A DNA stretch of 63,498 nucleotides, the filler included, from Folioceros fuciformis (lineage: Eukaryota): assembly GCA_049999805.1 (NCBI GenBank). It is 16 parts of 16 records of this genome, joined end to end, with 100 filler letters (N's around TTAATTAATTAA, not from the genome) between each part and the next. Parts side by side here need not be neighbours in the genome. Positions count along the whole stretch, not along the records: positions 5,642 to 13,142 come from JBNGIO010002308.1; positions 13,243 to 15,335 come from JBNGIO010002309.1; positions 15,436 to 17,111 come from JBNGIO010002310.1; positions 17,212 to 22,560 come from JBNGIO010002311.1; positions 22,661 to 25,566 come from JBNGIO010002312.1; 11 more parts are not named here. One strand, 5' to 3'. The notes beneath the pieces are model-generated. The model had not been told where the DNA came from. It did no database searches and was given only the letters and a program-made list of their open reading frames with translations. Below, in pieces: positions 11,565 to 22,739 of this stretch; the stretch's first letter is position 1, and every line of letters starts with the position of its first letter. Made by a program: the position numbers and the translations under genes.

Positions 11565-13242
11565 AGAGGTGGCTAGAAACCAAGCTCAAGGAGCTTAGGG
11601 AAGTTAGTGGATTTTGCACGGCGGAGCAGGACCCTCTCCAAGGCTGGAGGCGGTGGGGTGGAAGGCAAGGAGCGAACAGACTCTCAACAGGGAGAGGAGC
11701 TGGAAGGCCATGGGAGTGCATCTCAACGGATGGAACAGCGGGGGACAGATTGCAAGCAGAAGGATTCTCTCCCTGTTCAGTTTTCGGTCCACGATCTTCA
11801 TGGTGGAGCAGTCGACAGGCTGCTGGCTGGCGCGCCTGGAGGTGGTTCACACACCCTTCCACGGTATGGATTCTGTAAGGAAAGAAGTGAAGGCGGGACT
11901 CCTGGGTCAGGGGACAGTGGTAGGTGTGACGTGCCTCGGGGCAGCGACGCAGCTGGAGCTGATCTTTCCTCGTGTCGACACAAAAACTCTTCCTTGGAAC
12001 AGCAGGATCGCCTTAGACCTGTTGGGGAAGGGACGCTCCTGGGCGGAAGGTGAGCAGCACCGCCCAGTGTTTCTGGCGAGTCCAGGCGGCTTTTGGGATG
12101 CAACACTGATGGCCAACAAGCGGAGATACCACACGAGGTTCTCCAGCGAGGTTCTCAGTGGTCTCCTGCTAGGCTTAGTGAGAATGTCGGTGCCAGGGCG
12201 ACTGATCCGAGCCATCCGGACTGTGTGAAGGGTAAGCGCCTGGTGGGAACTCCCGAGGCGCCTCCGAAAAAGCTTCCACGAGATGGAATTAGAAGTGAAG
12301 GAGGTGGCGAGATGATCCCTGGCAACTGGGGCTTCAGGAGACGAAGTGCGCAACACGTCACCGGGGCAAACCTTACAGTGCCAGCTTGGGGTGGGCATCA
12401 GTCCTTGGACGCGGTGCTGGAAGGGCATTTTGTGACGCTGAAGGGAAGAACGGAAGAGGGTGAAGGATGCTCCAAGCTGACCAGGGCAGACAGTGTTCCT
12501 AGGAAAGGCTTGTTCCAACGATGCTGAACTCATCGGGATACCAAATGAAAGGAGTAAGGTGGTAGAGGGCCGGAATTTGGAAGTAGCTAGGTCAGGCAGC
12601 TCTGGGGATCGGGCTCACTTGCTCAGGTGTGATTCTACGGTAGAAGACTGTGCAAGTTCCTTGGTTGCACATGCAAGCCTGGGTTGCAAGGAGGTAAAGA
12701 TTCCTCAACTTAAAGGCGAGCAGGAGGCTCTCAAAAGGCTAGCAGCTTGGGTGGAGCAGTGGGAGCAAGATCTTACGTCGAACGCGCTCATAGCTATTCG
12801 AGAATCAGGGGACAGTAGCTGGCGAGAAGCAGAGCGAGGCTTGTCCACAGACGGCGGAGTACCACAATCGAGTTGGAACCAAGTCCTGGGCTCGAATCAG
12901 GAAGGGTTTTGTAAGGCAAAGGGGAGTGCAGCTTCCATGAGCGGCATTGGCATCATGCGTCCCCAGGAAGACAGCGAACTTATGCAGAATTCGAGCGGGG
13001 TGCTTGAGGGTCAGCGATCAAAGGAGTCACGAATCGGGAGCCAATTGGTTGCCCAGCGGGTTCAGTCTGGACCATGTGAGGAGCTACAAGTCGGGAGCCA
13101 AATGGTTGCCCAGCGGGTTCAGTTTGGACTCTGTGAGGGAAGNNNNNNNNNNNNNNNNNNNNNNNNNNNNNNNNNNNNNNNNNNNNTTAATTAATTAANN
13201 NNNNNNNNNNNNNNNNNNNNNNNNNNNNNNNNNNNNNNNNNN

Positions 13243-14836
13243 GCCAGATTTCGATCAGAGGACTTAGGCCCGTCGTGTCGGCCTGAATTGTGGACAGCCG
13301 ATTTGGAACGAGGTGTGAGGGTAACTTTCAGAATCTACACTACATTTCGATCGTTTTCTAACTAGCCTTTTGTTTGATTTGCATCGATTTTGAATCATGA
13401 CGTCCTCAGAAAACGTTATGTTCAATATTGAGAAGTTAGATGGTAGTAACTTCCCGTTCTAGAAAGAACAAGTGTATAATGTTCTAGTTCAGAAAACGCA
13501 GATCAAGCCCATAAAGTTGCTAGGTGTGAAACTTGTTAGCATGACTTAGGATGAGTGGCAGGATCTAGATGAGCTTGCTAGATCTACCATCATGCTAACA
13601 TTGTCGAAGTCGGTCTACTTCAATGTGAAAGACAAGACCACAAGTTACCAGCTATGGTAGAAGTTGTGTGACCTGTATGAGAAGCAAAGTGCGGCTTCTC
13701 CAGTGTACTTGTTGAAACAGTTGGTGGACTTGAAGATGAAGGAAGGGACGAGGATCCCCGATCATCTGAATGAGTTCAATACCATTTTCAGCCAGCTCTT
13801 ATCTCAAGGTATCTCGTTCCCAAATTCCGTGAGAGCTATGTTTCTGTTGGTCACATTACTAGAGAGTTGGGACACCTTTCATACAGCTCTGAGTAATTCC
13901 TCTCCTCCCAGTGATCTTACCAGTATAAATGTAGAAGGTAGCTTGTTAACATAAGAGGTGAACATGAAGAATATGCAACCTTTGAAAGGTTCCAATGCCC
14001 TCATGGTGAGAGGAAGGTCCACTTGAAAGGGGAAGTACAAGGAGCAAAGTCTTTCCCGTGGCAAATCTCGTAGTCGTAACAATATTGAGTGTTACCATTG
14101 TCACAAAAAGGGTCACATCAGAAGGGACTGCGAGAAGTTTAAGAAGGACAAAGGAAAGAAGAAGAAGCAGAGCGACAACAAGGCAAGTCCGAGTATCAAG
14201 CCTGACGAGGTGAATTCTGTTGATGATGGAGATGTTCTTAACTCTTCTTTCTTCAATTCTACGCAACTGACAGCCGTGGATAGTCACTTATTCTCTAATT
14301 GGATAATTGACTCTGGAGCATCTTTCCATGTTACTCCGCATAGGGAGTGGTTTAGCACCTATGATGCTACTAGGAAAGGATGTGTTCAGCTTGGAAATAG
14401 CTACGCATGCGAGATTGCAAGCGTTGGTGACGTGCAGCTAAGGTTCAACAACGGATATTCATTCATGCTGAAGGATGTTAGGCATGTTCCAAAGTTGACA
14501 AAAAGCATGATTAGCGTAGGGTAGTTGGATGACGTTGGTTACCACTGTTGGTTTGGAGATCATTCTTGGAAGATCTCAAAAGGTTCACTTGTGTTAGCTC
14601 GTGGATTGAAGTGTGGCACTTTGTACTCATTTCAGGAAACCACTGTCAAGGGTCATGTGATTTGTGTAACGGAATGTTTCCTTGTGGCATTGTCAGTTAC
14701 GACATGTCTCAAAAAGGAATGAAGATCTTATCTCGTTTTGGTTACGTCCCTGCTTTTGACTTCTCCGATTTCTCCGTGTATGAGCACTGTTTGTATGGGA
14801 AACTGATGAAATCACCACATGGAGCAAGAGGTAAAA
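13243..14836 (+). pseudogene. Ty1/Copia leader, gag, protease and GAG-pre-integrase, degenerate
   Basis: ATG at 13397 (MTSSENVMFNIEKLDG); LKMKEG..I..HLNEFN; CYHCHKKGHIRRDC; WIIDSGASFHV. Multiple stops. Confidence 0.93.
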
Positions 14837-15335
14837 TGTGGGGGAAAATATTGTACCCGGGGGTACCGCGAGGTCCACACAAACCCTCTTTGTCGTTATA
14901 GCACTGGGATTCGATCCCAAGGGACTGATTTGTGTCAAATAACACAGGTTTCTTCTAAAAGTCAGTTACTACCTAGGTTGGACTTCAACTACCCTAGCTC
15001 CACTACCTACAGGTTTAACTACCCCTACCTCTGTCCCTAGACTACCTGACAGACCTACTCGGCTACTGGGGAGGGGGTCTCTACAACTACCGACCCTTCA
15101 ACTACCGAGGTAGGGGCTCAACTACCGGTAGCTGCTTCGACTACCTCCGTCGTCTTTCAACTACCGGTAGCCGCTTCGGCTACCTCCGTGGTAGGTCCCA
15201 CCCCAAACCCTAACTAATTATTTTCGGCGCAGATGCCGCCGCGGGTTTCCACCCACGGGTTTCTCCCCTAGACCTTCCAGACTCACAAAGCTGGGTTATT
15301 CCATGCTCCCCACACATGCAAGGGCTGATCCTTGG
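14837..15335 (-). mobile_element. Gypsy-type LTR (family X), U5 end, inserted into the Copia
   Basis: Begins abruptly with TGTGGGGGAAAATA. Reverse-complement homologue of 49228-49786. Confidence 0.8.
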
Positions 15336-15435
15336 NNNNNNNNNNNNNNNNNNNNNNNNNNNNNNNNNNNNNNNNNNNNTTAATTAATTAANNNNNNNNN
15401 NNNNNNNNNNNNNNNNNNNNNNNNNNNNNNNNNNN

Positions 15436-17111
15436 AGCTTAGAATGTGCTGACCAAATCAACATTATAAAGGTTATTTCATCTTATCTACATGACAGTGG
15501 AAATATTTTTTATTTTAAAAAGTCTAATATTAGAATAGTAAATCCAAACTGGATGACTGAGCACTTCTTAGGTCAACTTATACAAACACAGAGTCCTTTA
15601 CTCAAAGAAACGAATAAGCAAGGATTTATTAGAGGAAACCATCTCGAACATGTCCTCAATTCCACATTTGTTAATGATGCTAAGTACACTAACTTGAAAA
15701 CCCAAGACTTGGTGAATATTATGGTGGAGTTAGAATTGTGCTATGAAGTGACTGTAAACGATGGTCAAATACAAGGCTTCTTCATTCCAACAACAATTTG
15801 TCCCCCACCGGGCAAGAAGAAAGCTCCACAATGGTTATCTGGATATGATAAGCAAGGAGTGCAATATGAATTTTTTGGACGTCGATTGCAATGTGAAGAT
15901 TCTCTTCGAATGGTCTTAACGCAAGGGTTTTTTCCACGGTTTCAAGTAAGTTTTACTTCATTGTATGAAATACTTACGTTCAAGAATATGACAAAGATGT
16001 TAATCTACGTAGTGTAGTGTAGCTACTTGCATTCATTCCTCATGTTTTCTTGTTGTAGGTGGCCTTACGAAATCGTCTCTTTTCAAATGCCAACTTTGGA
16101 ATGAATCCTCATCAATACAAGTTTGGTTACAATATTATCTCAATAGCTTATGACAACATCGATATTTTGATAGAACTGAGTGGTGGACACATGATTGGTG
16201 ATTATGTCGACGTACTCATCAGATCAAAACAAACTCCAAGTTTGGCTAATGCATTTGTGGAACATCACATCCTTGACGAGTTGAGAGCTTTTTGTGCTTC
16301 ACCGAACGGTTGCCCAGGAGTTACATTGGTGCAAGGTATCATCAATCCCTTTTGTGTACGCAAGTTAATACCTTGCAATGATAGACATGGGCAAGCATGG
16401 TTGGAAAAGGATTATAGAGACTGGCTTCTAGATGAAAAGCAAACTTTGAAGTGTGGGAAAGGATACTTTACTATGAGGAACATATCGAATTGTGTATATT
16501 ATTGGCCTGAAATTCCTGGATCTGGGCTACATTTGACATCCAATGCCATAATAGAACTTTTGGATGCAGAAGACTGGAGCAAGAAAGTGTGGACGCACAC
16601 TATGCCATATTTGACATCCAATGCCATAGTAGAACTTTTGGATACAGAAGACTTGAGCAAGATAGTTAGGGAGAATGCTAAGTTTCACGAGGATCAACAT
16701 CATTCCATATTGAAAACTGCGGATGATCTTACACATGGCAAGCTAAAAGGTGTAGGTGGAGGTGATGGTTTGTCTAGGACATCATCAGAGACAATTACGA
16801 GCTCAAAGTCAAAAGATCCTTTTGTAAGTGTGACTTCAACAAGTTCTCCTTTTGTAAAGTGTCATTCGGATCTTTTGGGTGGAACAAGATTGGAAGGCAT
16901 GGAATATATGTTGAAGAATATGCTCAAAGATGTGAAGAATATCAAGGAAAACCAAGTAATGCATCATGAAGAGGGAACAAGACAACATATGGAGCTAATG
17001 AGAAAATTAGATTGCAATAAAGAAGCGATGTTGAAGGCCATCAGGTTGTGTGACGAGAAGCTGATAAATTTCAAAAGGGATACTTTGCACTTATTGGAGT
17101 CACTCATGAGT
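15436..17111 (+). CDS. TRN1-like: TORNADO1-like Roco protein, COR-domain region, partial; exons 15436-15945 and 16059-17111
   Basis: Open frame SYLHDSGNIFYF...NPNWM..HFLGQLI, LVNIMVELELCYE, GRRLQCED...LTQGFFPRFQ|VALRN, FCASPNGCPGVTLVQGI resembles TRN1 COR motifs. Phase-0 intron gtaagt...ttgtag at 15946-16058. Both ends cut by linkers; orthology not established. Confidence 0.85.
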
Positions 17112-18060
17112 NNNNNNNNNNNNNNNNNNNNNNNNNNNNNNNNNNNNNNNNNNNNTTAATTAATTAANNNNNNNNNNNNNNNNNNNNNNNNNNNNNNNNN
17201 NNNNNNNNNNNTCTTGCTAGAGAAGCTGAAATGTCTCGTCTTCCTGGTCTAGCCAAAAAGCCTAGATTAATCTAAAGATATAAATCTATAAATAAATCAA
17301 TAGAGAACAAAATCTTGAAAGGAAAGAACTAGAGGGTGAAGTTGCATGAGAAGTGGGTTTGAATGCTAGCATGGTTTGCTACTCACTTCAATGAGAAACT
17401 ACACTAACATACTTCTTATGTACGTATGTACATAAATATATATACTTACATAAATTTTAATCATTCTATATTTTCTTACTTCTATACTAAAACATACTTT
17501 TGTAATCTTGTACTATTGTCGTGCTAGGGCAATGTTGAGATGAGTCGAGTCCTGAGCTTGGCCAGCACCCACTTGAAGCTTGGGGTTTCGTCTTGCACAT
17601 TCAGCATTTGTACCTGTATCCTAGTGTTGTTTCCCACTACTCTGCATGTCTCAGATTGCAGCACAATCTGCTGCAAGTGAGGGCAATCCATGTCCAGAAA
17701 ATGGAAGATTCTAATTCGAAGAGATTGCAGCAAAGACTTCAAGCAATATGAGTTTGAAAGGAGCTGCGTGACACACGCGGCTTGGTGAGTTAGTAAGTTA
17801 CGCCATGAACTGCAACATTGGAATCAAAGGCACTGAAAACGTTCTTCATCATAGCTCCCAATTCCAGATAATAGAAAAATAGGGTTTGAGCTGCCTTCCC
17901 CAAGTTACAGTGCTGTGCAGCGCAACTTCAACAACTACGAGGGGGACAACTTCGGAGACACAAAGGGCCAACGACTTGAAGACGTAGATGTTGTTGTCAA
18001 TTCCGAGGCCAATCAAGACGTTCATGGATGGCGCCGAGAGGGATCTAGCTCGGTGGCTCA

Positions 18061-21000
18061 ATGGAACAGCTGAGCCCCCCGTGGAGGGGCGCATCAGCTA
18101 ACACATGGGCGGCAGTAGTCGATATGTGTTCTAATAAACAGAAGAAACAAGGGCAAAACGAGGGGGTGCAGGTTGCTAATCACTCTGATGTTAGCGGGAC
18201 AAAGGCCGAGGTAGAGAAAGTCTCGCAGGTACGGATACCTGAAGTGGACTATGTGCAGGCTTTGGTACAGCAGGGCCCCTCCCAAGAATATGTCTCGGGA
18301 TCGGCATCAGAGGGTACGGGATTAAAGTTGGGTCCGCTAGTGGATGTGCTCACGGAGGCGAGTTTTTTTCAAAGGGAGGAGGACAAACTAGCTGCCAGCT
18401 CGATGGTGGGGCGTCTTATGTCTGGAGGTCCTCCTACTGTGGAGGAACTGGAGAAATGGGTGGCTCAGGTAACTGGTAGCCCCCCAGCATATGTTTTCTT
18501 GAAAACAGACGGCTCCTTCCAGATTAAGTTTGACGAGGCTGTGAGGGCTAAGGCCCTTATACAAACATCGTTGTTTGTCCGGGATTCCATTCCGGTGGTG
18601 GTGGAGGCATGGTCCCCTGGGAATTCCATTATGTAGTCTAAAATCAAGCGGCACTTTCTGTGGGTGGGTCTTCCAGCCTTGCTGGTTCAGCTCGCCCCAC
18701 TGATTTGCAAAATTCTGGAGACCATTGGCAGGGTGGTGGAGGTCCTAAGGTGGACTCTAGCTTTTTCGACAGTAACAAACCGCCTCGCTTTGGGGTGAGG
18801 GTTGATAGCCTCCATGCTTTGCCGGAAGGGGTCGTGGTTCGTGATCTGGAGGACCCATCTAAGTGTTTTACACAACTCTTTGATTACCCGGATCTTCCTA
18901 TTTGGTGCGGGGTGTGTGGCTTGCAAAATCACCTTAAGCAGGCTTGTCCTCTTCGTGCTAGATCGGAAGGTCGGGGAGGAAATTTAGAGAAGGCCCATTC
19001 AGGACCCCTTCCTGGATTTAAAGGTGCCCTGACGAGGCCCTGGAAGACTAACCCTGGTACGTTGTTGTGGGCGAAAAAAGTGCAGGAAGAATTCTTCTCG
19101 GGGAGTGGGGGCACACACAGTACACATGCCAAGCTTAGTGTCCTTGTGAGAAGGAAAGTAGGTAACACATACTTCTATTGGATGCTAAAGGGGGGAGAAC
19201 TCAGAGCCTTACCTACACGCGTGTTCCAAGTACGGGGGTTGATTGGGAATCAGCCCCCTGTGATCTGGTCTACAGTGAAGTCAAAAGTCAAGGATATGTT
19301 GCAGGCAGGTCTGGGGTTTGATGAGCAAGCTGTGAGATTGGTCTTACAGGAAGCGCGGCATAGTATGGTGTGTCACAGACTAGAGGATAGCTTAGCTATT
19401 GTGGTTGTCAACACCTTGATTGAGCTGAAGGAAGAGTGCCGAATCCAAGACTTCAAGGTTTCACAGTGGTTGGGGGAGTCTCAGCTGCTGACCTATATCA
19501 AGGATGCAAAATTTGGTAAAGGTAGAGTTACGCTCGTGTTGAGAGTGTAGTTCAAAGTGCATCTTGGTTTTCTCGGGCTGCTTAATGCCCCGATATCGAT
19601 CAAACTCCCAGGCAGTTGGGAACTTAGATGGGAAGACGATTTGATGGTTGAGGGTACGGTGCCTATGGAAGAGGATTTTAACAGTGTGGACTTAGGTAGT
19701 GTGACCCCAGCAAATGGTCTCAACAGTCTGGCAGCAGAGGGCAGGGACTCTATCGGGGAGCTTCAGCAAAGGGGAGGTGCTTGTCAATTAGCCAACCCCA
19801 CAACTTAGCAAGACCTCTTAACTGTCCCCCAGGTAGCAGACCCGGCAGGGTCTGAATCCCGAGCCATAACCTCAGGAGATCAACCGAAGGGTGGAATACA
19901 TAAGGCAGTTGATAAGGTGGCCTTCCAGGGTGCATTGAGACAAGCTCCTACACAGGGGAGCCAAGGAAAGGGGCAGTCTACTAGGTCGGCTTTCCAGGGG
20001 GAGTTAGAACGAGGTGTCCAGAATCTCAAGGCAAGGAAGCTCACAAGTCTATCTGCTAGGATGGAGATGGGGACCACAGTGAATGGTGGGAGTTTCCCAG
20101 GAGGTCAGCAGAGGTCAAGTGTCAAAGGAGAATCTCAGTAGTTTGCAGATCCAGGGGGTAGTTTGGCTCCCATGGCCCAGCAAGGTGGGACGAAACTTCA
20201 ATCAGCCGGAGTGCTAACAATAGACAAGGAGTCCCAAGAAGGAGCCTTCGAGAGGTCGACGGAGGTGGGAGATGGCGCAGGAAAGTCTGTCCCAGAGGGT
20301 TCCACAACCCAGCCTTAGGAAACTTGTCAAACCGGCTCCAAAGGGATGGGACGAGGTATTAGTTCTTCCTGGATGAGGGAGGAGGAAGGGCTGGTTTCTC
20401 GAGTGTTGCAGGAGGGGGAGTCTAATTGTGAGGATGAGGTGGTTAGGCAAGAGCACCTTCAGCCCGAGCGGATACAAAGAGGCTCTCAGAAGGACCCTAG
20501 CGAGTGTCAAGTTGGGGAATTCTCTGGTGTATTTTCTCCCCAAATTGGGGAAGAGCTGCTCAGGCATGGGCTCCATGCCTTCCTTCCGGCACGGAATAGG
20601 ATGGGTGGGCAGAGCAAAGGAAAAAGTTGGGTCACGGCGGCGGTCCAGCCTGGAGCTAGGGTCAGGGCTGCAGTGCATCTTAGACAATCTCTACAACCGC
20701 TTGTGTGTCAGAACGTTGAGGTTGAGAGCCTCTCATTGCTTCCCAACGGTGTCGATGCATGCACGGCTATGGTCTCGTTGCATGAACAAGAGGACGCACT
20801 GGATAGTGCAAGGGAAGGCCTGCAAGTCGCGTCCTCCAGGGCTCTGAAGGTGAGCTGGGATCAAGGTGGAGTGTATCCAAGAGCCTGTGGACACCACAAC
20901 GTAAGAACTCAGGGAGATTTTGCTCTGGAGGGGCAAGCCAGGTCAGGATCACTGTCTTTTGTCGAGAGTGATGCAGGGTGTGTCCTTCCTGGCCACGGAG

Positions 21001-21341
21001 TGTTGGCAGATCAGCTGGTGTCCACCAACGCAGTCCTCTAGATAGGTTGCTGGCAGGGAGAGATGGCCCCCTCGGCTGGAACTATCTCCGCCAAGCTCCA
21101 GAATGAGCTCGCTGAAGTAGTCGGCAGGGACACCATGGCGGGAGCTCAAGCGGTGGACGCTGCTTGCGATCAAAGGGCGTGCTCTGAGGTGATGGATGTG
21201 TCGCTAGCAGGTAGATCGGTGGCAGAAGGGACTAAAAGATCCCTGGTTTTCGGCATGGAGCAGGAGGTGTGGGCGAGCTCGGTTGGTACTCCAGGTTGTA
21301 TAAAGGACTATGGAGCCAAGCCAGGGCGTGTCAATACTGCT
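18061..21341 (+). mobile_element. LINE (L1-type) ORF1-like degenerate gene, copy 2, truncated by a Copia LTR
   Basis: NTWAAVV, SMVGRL, VFLKTDGSFQIKFD, VEAWSP, LFDYPDLPIWCGVCGLQNHLKQACP, then the same downstream domain as copy 1. Confidence 0.75.
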
Positions 21342-22560
21342 TGAGAGAGACAGCAAACTTGACAACAACAAGATGATGATTTTTAATAAGTTTACAAAGA
21401 GGTCCTTATATACTAAACCCTAGAGGTTAGTTCATAATCTTTCAGTATATATATGTATCACCCTAGTCTAAGTAACTAGGTAACTAGCAGCCGTGGTTAC
21501 TAATAACCCTTGGGGTTTAACACACCCCCTTAACCACGGAATGCTGGTTAGCCTTCGAAACGAGACTGAGGATGTGATGAAGAAATCACGGCTGTTGTTA
21601 GGGAATCTGTGCACCCTGGCAATTTCAGCCTACGTTCTGACTGGGTAGAAGATGAAGAAACATATCAACCAAGTGCCAGACGATCAAGTAGACAAGGGAC
21701 CTTCATCCGTCCAGCAACTTGAATGTAGAATCGCAGCGGTCAAGGCAAGTAGAGAGAGTATTCAACCAAGCCCAGAGCCTCCATATAAAAAACATGCTTG
21801 CCTATTGGTAAGCATTTTGTAAGCACGTTAGCTGTATTTAGCTCTATCGAGATATGTTCAATTCTGATCACCTTGCGCGCCGCAGAATGTCGGACGTAGT
21901 GATACTGAATTTCGATATGCTTGGTCCGAGCATGAAAGCGAGGATTCCCAACTAAAGCAATAGTCGACATGTTATCGCAGAAGATAGTTGTGGGAATCGA
22001 CTGAGAAAAGCCCAAGCCAGCTAGGAAGGTGCGCTCCCATTCAGCTTCTTTGGCTGAGTCAGTAAGAGCTTTGTATTCTGCTTCTGTTGATGAAAGAGCT
22101 ATGGAAGTTTGTTTCTTCAAACTCCAGTTGACTGCTGCACTTGAAAGCAGAAAACAGTATGCGGAAATACTTCTCCTGTGATCTAGGTCTGTGGCCCAAT
22201 CGGCATCTGCGTATCCCTCAAGGGTGAGTGCATGGGCACTGCCTTGGAAACATAACCCAAAAGTAGATGTGCCTTTAAGGTACCGGAGAATCCTTTTAAC
22301 TGCCATCCAATGCTCGGGGCCTGGATTCTCGAGGTATTGGGAAAAGGCGCTTACAGAGTGCTGGATATCAGGCCTAGTCCAACAGCTTATGTAGTTAAGG
22401 CAGCCCACAGCATGCTGGTAAGGGATCTAGCTCATGACTTCGCGTTCATGATCGACTTGCGGGCATTGTTGAGCAGAGAGTTTAACCCCAATGCTGCCTG
22501 GTGTGCTTACAATTTTAGCATCCTGCAAGTTGAAGCGTCGAAGAGTCTCACCAATGTATT
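21342..22560 (-). mobile_element. Ty1/Copia 3' end: RT/RNase H (22560-21740), PPT (21523-21530), 3' LTR (21342-21522)
   Basis: TRPDI, GYADADWA, SSTEAEY, FCDN, FHARTKHIEI. On the minus strand AGGGGGTG is followed by TGTTAAAC...TCTCA. Confidence 0.92.
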
Positions 22561-22660
22561 NNNNNNNNNNNNNNNNNNNNNNNNNNNNNNNNNNNNNNNN
22601 NNNNTTAATTAATTAANNNNNNNNNNNNNNNNNNNNNNNNNNNNNNNNNNNNNNNNNNNN

Positions 22661-22739
22661 ACACCTGTCATGTCCGTCACCTTGAAGGCAAACACATCCA
22701 AATATTCAGTCAACAGTGCCTTCAAACCTACCTTCTCCT
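22661..22739 (-). pseudogene. Gypsy pol fragment, the insertion target of the adjacent Copia
   Basis: Minus strand translates EKVGLKALLTEYLDVFAFKVTDMTGV, matching EKEAFRSLLTEYLDIFAFKITDMTRI at about 2251-2330. Confidence 0.8.

Larger units (their letters stand above)
8711..13142 (+). mobile_element. LINE (L1-type) ORF1-like degenerate gene, copy 1, with long C-terminal extension; no ORF2 seen
   Basis: VEAWSP, HFVWVRLPALPVQL, TIGQVV, QLFDYPGLPVRCGICGLTNHLKLDCP (DUF4283-like region plus CX2CX4HX4C). Colinear with 18061-21341. Confidence 0.75.
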
